Origin: an uncultured Planctomycetaceae bacterium | GTDB lineage: Bacteria > Planctomycetota > Planctomycetia > Planctomycetales > Planctomycetaceae | Assembly (NCBI GenBank): GCA_963813715.1 | Contig: CAWFAK010000016.1 | Coordinates: 320,001-384,000 of the forward strand | Length of the DNA stretch: 64,000 nt | Reading direction: 5' to 3' | Part shown: positions 32,840-43,515 of the stretch, piece by piece | Layout of the letters: every line of letters begins with the position of its first letter | How positions within the stretch are numbered: the first letter of the stretch is position 1 | The notes under the pieces: generated by a model | Seen by the model: the letters and a program-made list of their open reading frames with translations, nothing else | The model's database searches: none | Told to the model about the DNA's origin: nothing | Translations under genes and position numbers: made by a program

Positions 32840-32925
32840 TGGGTGGCACTGGCGGCTTGTCCGCCAGTGTCTTCTTCGCCCCCGTGAAAAGAGAACACTG
32901 GCGGACAAGCCGCCAGTGCCACCCA
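32840..32925. repeat. REP doublet (REPIN-like): perfect 31-bp inverted repeats, each arm itself palindromic
   Basis: tgggtggcactggcggcttgtccgccagtgt ... acactggcggacaagccgccagtgccaccca with a 24-bp spacer. Confidence 0.9.
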
Positions 32926-32957
32926 CCACTTGGATTGGTTGCTCGATTACGTCCAGT

Positions 32958-35900
32958 CTATCGTCCCGCGGCCTGCGCAACAGGCGCGTTGAACTTGCTC
33001 GTCTCCAGGAAGGCGAACAGGTCGGCGACTTCGGCTAGCGTTAACTGATCGAGCAGACCGGCCGGCATCACCGAGATCTTCGAGGGGTTTTGCTCCTCGA
33101 TCCGGTTCTTGGGGATTTCGAGCTTGGTGGCGTCCGACATGAGGAGCACCAGCTTGTCGCTCTTCGCGGCGCCGGTGACGGGCATGCCGATGTAGACCTG
33201 CCCCTCGTGCGTGACGACCTGCACCATGCGGTACTGGTCGGAGATCACCTGCGACGGATAGACGATCGACTCGACGATCTCTTTGCGCTGGAAGCGCCGC
33301 CGGACCGAGCTGAGATCGGGTCCGAGAGATTCGCCCTCGTTCTGGAAGCGGTGACAACGGACGCAGCGGGCCTTGGTGAAGACGGCACGTCCTCGCGTCG
33401 CCGCACCGCGCGAGTCGTGATCGACCAGGTTGAGGATCTGATCGAACGAGTACTTCGGCTTGGCGGCTTCGTTCTTGGGCAGCTCCGGAGCCGGCGCGGT
33501 GGGGAATTTGTCGCGATACCACTTCTGGTAGAATGCGATCGACTTATCGAGATCGCGGCCGGCCTTCGAGTCGGCCTTGGTCCAATCGTGGAGCACGCTG
33601 ATCGCCCCGCGGCCGCCGTTGGCTCCCAGTTTGAGCGCCGTCTGAATCAGCGTGCGATACGCGTCGGCATTCTCCGGACGCTGATCGATTTCGCCCAGCG
33701 CTTCCAGGCAGAGCTGCATCGTCGTCGAATCGGCGAACTGCAGCGTCCGCACCAACAGGGGCAGATCGTCGGGCATCGGCTTGCCGGCCACCGCGCGGGC
33801 GATCATCTCGCGACGATCGGGGTAGTCGTCGTACAAGCGGCGGAGCATGGCCCGGCCGCCGGGCGACTGGCTCTTGCCGAGCGACTGGATGGCGGCCGCG
33901 ACCAGCTCTTCGCCGCCGCGGCCGTTCTTCGTCGACGTGTCCGACAAGCAGATCGCCCAGGATCTTCTGATAGTCGGCGATTTCCTCGGGTTTGCAGATC
34001 CGCACGAGCAGTGCGGCCGCGGCCGGAAATTGCGAGCCATGCTCGACGAAATATTTGCGGTCGGCCGGTGTGAAACGTTCGGTCGTGGCCCCGACGATGT
34101 TGGAGACGTAACCCGTCAGGCTGTTGCCGCCTTCCCAATCGCGCGTCCCTTCGTACCAGGCGAGCAGCCGCCGCTTGAGGTCGAACGTCCAACCCGAGTT
34201 GAGATAGCGCAACGTGAGCGCGTAGTGCAGCTGCACGCCGTGATTGGGCGACGTTTCCACCAGCCGCATGATCGGCTGGGCGGCCGGCGCCAGGTTGAGC
34301 ACCGCCAGGATCCGCGCCGTCTCGGCGTCGAATTCGGTCGAGCCGGTCGGGAATGCCGGCCAGCAGCGTGTGACCGATCTGGTCGGAGCCCGGATTGCGT
34401 GCCCCTTGCAAAAGGGCCAATTGCGTCAGCCGGATCGCGGCCATTTTGATGTTCCGGCGTGACCTTGCCGTTCGGCTGCGTGAGGATCTTGGCCGCTTCG
34501 GTCAGGATCATCGGACCAGAGCCGCGTCGATCGCGGCGATAGCTCGCCAAGAGTGCCTCGGTGACGACATGTAGATTCGACGAGGCGAGCGCCGTTCGCT
34601 GCCAGCGATCGACGGGCACGCGCTCGAGCGCAATTCGCGCGGAAAACCGCAGCCAGCGATCGTCGCTGGCCAAGAGCTTCAGCAAGCTCGGCACAGCGCG
34701 GCTCGGTGCCGCTGTGGATGAAGGCTTCGCAGGCGCGGCGGGCCACCGTGGGATCCGTGTCCTCGACCAGCCGCACCAGCGCGGCACGCACCTCGAGGCC
34801 CTGGTGGAAGCCGAGCAGATGCGTGGCGAAGGCGCGAACGCCCGCGTCGCGGGAATTCGACGCTTCCAGCAAGAGACGCAAATCGGGCTTGGGGCCCAGC
34901 TGGTTGAGCAACGTGAGCGCCCGCAGGGCAGCCGCCGGGTTTTTTCCCCGCACGGCCGCGGCCAGGCTCGATTCCCATTGTGGGCCGGCAGCAGTTTTCA
35001 CGCGGGCCGCAATTTCGCGAGCCCACGCCGCCTCGATCTGCGGCAGCTTGAGCAACTCGGCCACGCTGTTGGCCTCGGCCGGCTTCGCGCTGCCGCCCGG
35101 ATAGCGGAGGCGATAGACGCCGCCTTCCGACGCGCGGCCGCCCGTCGTGAAGACGATCGAGCCGTCGCGATCGACCTCGATGTCAGTGATGTTCAGCGGA
35201 TTGCCAGTGACCAGCGTCTCCCACGTCCCCGTGTACGTTGCTCCCGCCTTTTGCAGATGGGCCACGAGAATCCGCCCCATCGACCAGTCGCCCATAATCA
35301 GGCTGCCGGCGTATTTCTTCGGAAACTGGTTGTGCTCGTAGAAAACAATGCCCGTCGGCGAACCGCGACCGACGTCGACCGTGCCCGGCAGCGAGTCGAA
35401 ATAATAAGCGGGCCACTTGGCGTCGCCGCTTCGCCAGCCGAACTCGGCCCCGGCAATGCAGTGGTTTACGCGGATGGGACGATACCAGTACGCGCCGACG
35501 TCCCATTCCATGTCGGCGTCGAACGTGAACATGTCGCCGGCCGAGTTGAACGCGAAGTCGTACTCATTGCGGAAACCGCTGGTCTCCATCGACCAGTGCT
35601 TGCCGTCCGGCGTGAACCGCCAGATCGTGCCGCCGGGGGCCTTGATCCCGACGGCGTGGCCGCCCGCGTCCTCGAATTTCGGTACGAGCAGGTAGTCTTC
35701 GTCGTAATCGCGGCAGGGTGACGTGGCTTCCGGCTGCTCAAGGATGTGTGCGTGGTTGCCCATGTTGTGATAGAGCCAGCCGTCGGGCCCAAAGATCACG
35801 TCGTGCGGCCCGTGATCGCCCATGCCCCCTTGACTGCGGACGACTAAACGGACGTCGTCGGCCTTGTCGTCGTGATTTCTGTCGGGCAGGCAATAGACGC

Positions 35901-36717
35901 CGACGCCCTTCGGCCCCTGACCGACCGCGTACAAGTCGTCGCCGACTGTGCACAGTCCCTGGCAGTTCTTGACGTCGGTGGTGTACTCGACGACGCGGTC
36001 GTAGATGCCGTCGTGGTTGTCGTCGATCAGGCAGAGGATCGGCCCGCGCTCGCGCGAGACGATCATCCGCCCGCGATTGCCCCAGGTCATCGCCACCACC
36101 GATCCGACCATTTGCGGCTCGGCGATCCGCGTCAGCTCAAAGCCTTTCGGCACGTCATAGCGATCGAGATACGTTTCCTTGAGGACGATCTCCTTCCAAG
36201 GCGATTTTTCGTGCGGGCCGATGACTTTGACCGGCTTCCAATCGTGCGTGTCGAATTTCGGCTGCAGCCAAGCGGTTCCTTGCGGCGCGGTCGTCGTCGC
36301 TACCCAGGCGGCCCCCGAATCGAACGGCAGCTTGTGGCCCCCTTGGCTCCGCACCTCGCCGTCGACAAACAGTCCCGCCTTGCTCCCGCGGTTCTCCGCC
36401 TCGACGCAGATCACATTCGGGCCGCGGTCGACGATGTCATTCAGGTTGAAGCGGTAGAGTCGATTGGCGTCGCCTTCGCCGATCTTGATGCCGTTGACCC
36501 AGAGCACGAAATGGCTGCCGCACATCACGCGGGCAGCCCCGGTCGACGGGTCGTCGGCGCGGACTTCGCGGCGAAACCAAACCTTGCCGGCGGGAGCGCG
36601 TTGTTCCGGATGCCCCGTGTCGTACCAGATCCACTGGGCGTCGAAGTGGTCGTCCGCAAAGAGCGACCCACCGGCGAGAACCGCCAGGATAGTGCCGCAG
36701 ACACGCAAAGCGCTCAT
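32958..36717 (-). CDS. PVC-type membrane-bound dehydrogenase/beta-propeller + HEAT repeats + cytochrome c protein; several frameshifts
   Basis: Signal peptide, AQWIW...WFRR domain, DHGPHD, GFRNEYD, DADMEWD, EFGWRSG, GRGSPTG, HEAT-like helices, CVRCH...GPDLS...SVMPAGL. Confidence 0.85.
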
Positions 36718-37035
36718 CGATAACTCCGGGTAGCGGTGGCTGATTTCGTGTTTGATTTCGGAGGGGCCAGGGACTCAGGCGACGCGGGCGAAAATGCCCA
36801 CGATCGCGGCGTGATTTCGGCGGACGTCGCTGTCCCTGGGTCCTTGCTAGGCGGGGGAAAATCAGGAAGGAAGTTAGGCATGCAGTTGGGCTCGGTAATC
36901 GAGCCTCGATCCATCTTAATTTGTCGTCCGACGCCCTGCAAAGAAGTGCGACACAGCCGAAAACACGCTCTCCCGCGGGACTGGACGGGTTCTCCAGCAG
37001 CGACTATTGTCGAAAACACACCTGGAAAGGCCCCG

Positions 37036-37803
37036 ATGGAACCCGCCAAGCGATTGATCGACAAAGTCCGCCGACGTGAAGTGACGCTCGGCCTGTTGGT
37101 GACGCAGCATCTCTGGCTCGATTTGATCGAGATCGCCAAGCGCGCGGCGATCGATTACCTGATCCTGGACATCGAGCACGGCGTGGCCGACATCGAAACC
37201 GTCGCCGAGATGTGCGCCGTCGGGCGGATGATCAATTTCCCCGTCCTGATCCGGCCGCAGAACAACGAATACGCCACGCTGCGGTTGTCGATGGACCTGG
37301 GTTGCTGCGGCTTCTTGTTGGCGAGCGTCGAGTCGGCCGCCGCACTCGACTCCGTCCGCGACGCGATTCGCGTTCCCCCGCGAGGCCGCCGCCGACCGGG
37401 CGGACCGAGCAACCGCTGGCTCACCGAGCACACTCAGGCCGCCTGGAAGGCCGGGGTCGAAGACTCGTTCATCGTGCTGCCGCAGATCGAGACCAAGGTC
37501 GGGCTGTCCAACGTCGACGAAATCGCCGGCCACGAAGTGACGACCTGCATCGCCGTCGGCCCGTACGACTTGTCGGCCGAGCTGGGCGTTTGCAGCGAGC
37601 AGAATCATCCGAAAGTCCGCGAAGCCCTCGCCCAGATCAAAAAAGCGGGCGCCGCGAAGGGCAAGGAAATGTGGATGATCGGCGACGCCACGCAGCTCGT
37701 CCGCGACGGCTATCATTTCATCTGCATGGGCGAACCGAGCTGGCTGCTGGAAGGAGCCCTGAGGCAGAAGGCGTCCGAAGCGCGGAGTGAACCACTCGCA
37801 TGA
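37036..37803 (+). CDS. HpcH/HpaI aldolase family protein
   Basis: LDIEHG, PPRGRR, PQIET, VGPYDLS. Confidence 0.88.
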   Translation: MEPAKRLIDKVRRREVTLGLLVTQHLWLDLIEIAKRAAIDYLILDIEHGVADIETVAEMCAVGRMINFPVLIRPQNNEYATLRLSMDLGCCGFLLASVESAAALDSVRDAIRVPPRGRRRPGGPSNRWLTEHTQAAWKAGVEDSFIVLPQIETKVGLSNVDEIAGHEVTTCIAVGPYDLSAELGVCSEQNHPKVREALAQIKKAGAAKGKEMWMIGDATQLVRDGYHFICMGEPSWLLEGALRQKASEARSEPLA

Positions 37804-37836
37804 ATCTCATCGGCTTGCGGCGGGTCGGTGCACCTT

Positions 37837-40800
37837 CTAGGACTGCGAAGGAATACTTCGAATCAAAGAAGAGATCCAACCGTAAACAACTTCACCGCCG
37901 GGGAGGCGTGAAGCAAGTGCGAGTACCAGCGGAAGGATGAGCACAAGAAACGTCGTTACCGAGTCGGTACTCAGCGCGAACCAGTGGGGTGCCGTCCCAT
38001 TCACGCGGCTCAAGAATTCGTCGCGGTTCAGCCCGGAGTAGATCGTCCCGAGCACGATCAGACAGAGCAAGGCCGAAAGCGCCGTGAAATCCATGAGCAT
38101 TCCCTGCGGCATGAACGAATACGAGGCCGTGGCGAAGAGCAGAGCGATCGGGGCGCCCATCAGGAAGATGGCGAGCGCCTTGAGCTGCAACCGATATTGG
38201 CTGTAGTTGACCACGAAGCTCATGGCCAGCAAGTCTTCCTCCTGCTGCGCAGCCGTCTTTGGATCGCATCATCCCGGGATTGAGCGACTTCGGCACCTGT
38301 CACTTGCTCGACCTGCGCGGTCGCCGATTGGGGAGCCACTTCATTGAGAGTCGTCTCGCGCTCGCGGTCGGTCGTGGGGGATGGATAGACGTAAGATTCC
38401 TTCGCCAGTCGCTCTCCCCACAATGCGAATACTCCCGGACGGGCCGCCCGGTTGTACTGGCGGATCCAACTTCCCGGTCCACGGCGCTCATGGGGATCGC
38501 GCCCTTTGTCGCTGATCATCTCCGAGAGCTTGAATGGCTGATTCATCCCAAGTCGCATTCTCTCTCGCAGCAGCCAGTTCAGCTGCTGATCCAATGCAGG
38601 AGAGTTCGAATTGCGAAACCGTTCGACGAACAACATGTCGCCGTAACTGCGAACGAAATACTCGGGTAAATTGGCAAACGCTCGCTGCATGGGAAGCCGA
38701 GCGGCGCCGCGGTGGACATTCTCCAACTGCCTCCAGATCTCCCAGATGCGCCCGACTTCCAATGCGATCAAAAACCAGCAAATGACGATTCCGATGCCGA
38801 TTATTCGCACCACTTGGCCGTCGGGTCCCTCGGCCCAATGGGGCTGGATGGCGAAAAACCCGAAAATGGCACACGCAAGTCCGACCATCATGTACCAGTT
38901 CGCGCGCATTCTGCGGGATCGAGCCAAGGCGCGAGCCCAGATTTTGGGCGGCGCAGAGTTGTCCACGCATCGTGAGCCGCCGCTCCGAGCTTTTGGAGCC
39001 GACCTTCCGGTCGCAATTCGCGTGACAGAGGCCAGCAGATCCACTGCGAGAGTGTTTCAAGCAATCGCTCATCTTCGCGCTTGAGACTCTGCCACAAGTG
39101 GTCCATCCACTCGTATTGGTCCGGAACCTTTGACTGTGGGTTGAAAATGCGGGCCGCGGCGTAGTGCACGCCGATGGGATCCCACTGGTTCTCCACGTCC
39201 ACGACTCGCCGGACACGGACGCCTTGCAGCCAGCACCAGCAGAGAATGACGGCAAGGACCAACAACAATGGGACGAGGGGCGAATTCCAGCCGACGACGT
39301 GAACGACTTTGGCATGGAGCCACGGATTGTCGGCGGCGGGCGCGAGGAACCAGAACCAGAAGGCAACTCCCAACGAGCAAGCAATAAAACAGACGATGTG
39401 CAGGAGTTTACACGAACACACCCAAAGCCAGGCCGAGCGCAATCGACGGAACCGTCCGTCCGTGACTGGGGCATTCTTTGCTGTCGACCCATAGAACCAG
39501 CAAAAGGAGTCCAACGAGACTAACAAGACCCACAGAATGACGCCCACACCGGCCGCAATACAGGTAATCCACGGTTCCGAGTCCCGCATAAGGACGACGC
39601 CGGCGATGTAACCGACCGCAGCACTGACCGTGAAAACCGCGAGCACATGAGCGACGATCAGAATGCGATTCAGTCGCGCGCGACGAGCTTGATCGCGGTC
39701 GCTGGGGTCGGTTGAAGTCGACTTCGGCTGCTCCTTCGACATGCGAAGATACTCCTTCCCGAGACCCCACGCCAAAAAGCAAACGACGCTCTCGACAACC
39801 ACAGTTCCCCACAGCCAAATCGGCCACCAAATTGTGGGTTCCGGAAAGAGCAGATAATGCGGCCCGCCTAGGGCCTCTGTGGGTTGTGCGGGCGTTTGAG
39901 GATTGAGAACGGCCGTTGCGGGAGGAGACCAAATGTGCTCGAGCGCGTGCGGATCGGGAAAAGTCGGCATCTCTAAGCTGATGACGTCAGCGCGTTCTGG
40001 TCCAATCTGCGAGATCCAAACTCCCGGTCCGGTCGCGGCCCCCTCACTTTGATCTTGCTGCCAATCATCGGCGATCCGTCGGTCGTAAAAGAGAAGGATC
40101 CCCGGTTTGTTGAGATGCGCGGCGACCGCGTTGTAATAAGAGAACATCAGATTTTCGCCGTGCGACGTCAATTCGAATGACCGGCTGAAATCGCCGTGAG
40201 CAAATCCCGGATCGCGCTCGGTGGCAATCGGAGAGAGCGGGTAGCTGCTGACGACGAAGGCGCCCGCCAGGTAGCGCACATAATCGGTGTGAGTGAACAG
40301 CTGGTCGCCCACCGTGATCAGCAGCCGCGTATCGGGACAGTGCCGGGCAACGACGCTCGCGAGAAAAATCTTGTCCCGCGGATCCATGGCGCTCACGAGG
40401 ATGTAATGAGCTTGCTGCTTCGCCAGCGTCTGCAATGCCGCTGAGAGTGCCACGTCCTGATAAAGGGCGGTCATCACCTGATCCTGTTGCGGGATCGATT
40501 CGGCACCCTCGACTTCGTCCGCCGGGATTTTCAGGCCACGATCGAACGCGCTGAACTGCGGGACATTGGCCTCATCGCGTCTCATCGCCTCTTCTTGCCT
40601 GGCATGGACCCTGGAAATGTGCATCGGAAACGGCACGTCGATGATTTCGAGATTCGGATGTTGGTGTCCCATAAATGGCGACGCGTCGACTGCGTTCGTC
40701 TCCGCGCCGTAACCGGTATTGCACTCGCGCAGGTGAGCGACTCGAATTTTGCCCGACGTGGTGTGTTTCTCAACGTAGGACAACAGGTGGTGAACCAAAA

Positions 40801-42032
40801 CGTGATTGGGAATGCACGTCGTCTTTAGGGACACACGGTCGGGAGCCGGATCCAAGAACGGTTCCCCGTTGGACAAGCGGCACCCGGGCTGGAACTGCTC
40901 CGGCTGCAGCGCTGTCGCCGTGCCGATCACTTCAATCGTCCACATGTTCTTGCGTGCCGGTAGCTGCTTGCACAGCGCGAAGCACGCGTGCAATCCGATT
41001 CGCAGCCAGTGCGTCGCAGGATCGACGACGGACTTCCAGTTCAAGCCTCGCGCAAGTGGCGTCCCGAACCAGGACTCAATCCCCTCGCCGATCCGCTTTA
41101 ATTGCCAGGGACTTACGGCTCCGAGCAGTTTTCGGCGCTGCGTCCACCACGTTTGCAATCCGGTCTGCAGTGAGTGCTGCGATCCGGAAAATGCGGGGCC
41201 GACGATCTGTACGCACGAAGCATGCGGCGTGGAACCGGGTGGCCGATGCGTCTCAAACCAGGAGACGATGTCAAGCGCCGTCCCGAAGGCGCGCTTGTGG
41301 ATACCTCCCGTCGGCGCGTCCCCGACGAGGAACACCACCAGAGTCCGTGGGGACTGCTCCGTTGCTCCAGGGCCCGCGGCTTGGGGATCATGCCGTGGTA
41401 GTGAGCGAAAGAGCGCCACGCCGGGGAATTTCTTCGCGGCGGCCGGGTCGTACGGACGATCCTCACCGGGACTCTTCCAGGGCAGATAGTATTGGTCGAG
41501 CACATAGGTGGCTTCCGGGTTGCCCGGGTCTCTCGCGCTGGCCTTGCGCCTGGATGGCCTCAATCGCGAGGTCAAAACGATAGCCACTTCGCGACCGCTC
41601 AGGATCAGCCAAAAAGACAATCAAGAAGTGCGGACGGTAAGCTGCGAATGAAGGCCCCCAACGTGTCACCCAACGGCAAGCCTCGCTGGCTTCGGCCCAG
41701 GCCTTCTCGGCACGCGCACCCTCCAAATTGGCAGCCGTCTTCTTCGCACAAAGCTCTTCGGGCGTCTTTTGGATGAATTCCGCGATCGGAGCGAGATACG
41801 GCGGCGGCGCATCCTTCGCGAGACTGACGTTGAGCGTCAACGACAACCCGGGATTTGCCGACCCGACGGGACCGCTAGGGCTGCCGGCTGTTCGTGCTTC
41901 GGGAGCGTATGACGATAGTCTTGTGTTAGGCTGAGGTTGGGCTGCACGATGCACCAAAAAGCCTAAGATCAGGGCTGCTGAGGTGCCCCAACCGAGACCC
42001 GACACTACGGACGTAGCTCGTTGACTTGCCAT
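37837..42032 (-). CDS. Very large (~1400 aa) hypothetical membrane protein: N-terminal anchor, extracytoplasmic alpha/beta domain, multi-TM C-terminal half; frameshifts near 41550, 39040 and 38230
   Basis: Consecutive minus-strand ORFs 41463..42140, 38888..41620, 38220..39044 and 37837..38232 join into one plausible product. Confidence 0.7.
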
Positions 42033-42318
42033 GGCAGGGATTGTGGAGTGGGGGCGCGGCGAGCCGAGCCATGCGGTGCGACGACCGACTGGGTCTGAGA
42101 TGGAGGGGACCGCGATCGGAAGTCGGCGAGTAGAACCCAATCATTGCACGACCGGGTCGCCAACGCAAAAGAAATCGAGGATTATTCTATTCGTGGACTG
42201 TGCCGTGGCGTCTCGCAAGCACTTCGTCAAGCCGCGGATTCTGGCCCGGCCGTCTCGGCTGCCTCACAATCGCGACAAAAGAGCTGACCAACCGCGCGCG
42301 TTGGGAAGGAGAACGAAC

Positions 42319-43492
42319 ATGAACATACTCGAAGAAGCCAAGGGCATCGCGGAGTGGATCGTCGGCTTGCGGCGGGCCATTCATCGGCATCCGGAGCTGA
42401 TGTACGAAGAAGTGCAGACGAGCCGGCTCGTCCGCGACACGCTCGACCAGCTGCACATTCCCTACAAGTATCCGGTCGCCAAGACGGGCGTGGTGGCGAC
42501 GATCGGCAAGGGCGGTGGGCCGTGCCTCGCGCTGCGCGCCGACATGGATGCGCTGCCCATCCACGAAGAGACCGACGTCCCGTTTCGCAGCGAAGTCGAT
42601 CACAAGATGCACGCCTGCGGCCACGACTGCCACACGGCCATGCTGTTGGGCGCAGCGCGGCTGCTCAAGAGTCACGAGTCGGAGCTGCGCGGCACGGTGA
42701 AGCTGCTCTTCCAACCGGCCGAGGAAGGGGGAGCCGGCGCCGACCTGATGTGCCGGGAAGGGGCCCTCGACGAACCCAAGGTCGAACGGATCTTCGGCAT
42801 GCACGTCTACCCGGCGCTGACGACGGGGACGCTCGCCGGTAACCCGGGCATCATTCTGGCCGCGACGGGCGCGTTTCGAAGCCACCATTCAAGGGCGGGG
42901 CGGCCATGGCGCGATGCCGCACACCACGATCGATCCCGTCACTTGCGTGGCCAAAATCATCGTCGAGCTGCAAACGATCGTCTCGCGCGAAATGAACCCG
43001 TTTTCGCCCACGGTCGTCACCGTTGGCTCGATTCACGGCGGCGTGGCATCAAACGTCATCCCCGAGACGGTGAAGATCAGCGGCACCTACCGCAGCCTCT
43101 CGAACACGGGGCTTAATGTCGTCAAGCAGCGGATCGCGGACATCATCCACGGCGTGGCGGCCGTCAACCGCTGTACGGCGACGATCACCCACCCCTACGA
43201 CGACTATCCGCCAACCGTCAACGACGAAGAATCGTGGGTTCTGATGCGGAGGGCGGCCGAGGCGCTTGTCGGCGCGGACAACATCCGGCCAATGGACCCG
43301 CTCTTGGGGGGCGAAGATTTCGCCTTCTTTCAGCAACGGATTCCCGGCTGCTTCTCGTTCCTGGGCGTGAGCGCGGCCGATTGGGAAACGCGGCACAACG
43401 TGCACCATCCGAAATTCAAAGCCGACGAATCGGCCCTGCCGCTGGGCGCCGCCTGGCACACGCAAATCATCCTCGATTCGCTTGCCAGGTAA
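42319..43492 (+). CDS. M20D amidohydrolase (IAA-amino acid hydrolase/hippurase-like); frameshift near 42880
   Basis: [46 protein letters not shown]. Confidence 0.93.
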
Positions 43493-43515
43493 TTCGACTG
43501 GGTGACGCGCTCAAC

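Noticed and set aside
37837..42300. Mobile-element or prophage origin for the compositionally atypical gene
   Set aside because: No integrase, transposase, terminal repeats or tRNA target could be seen.
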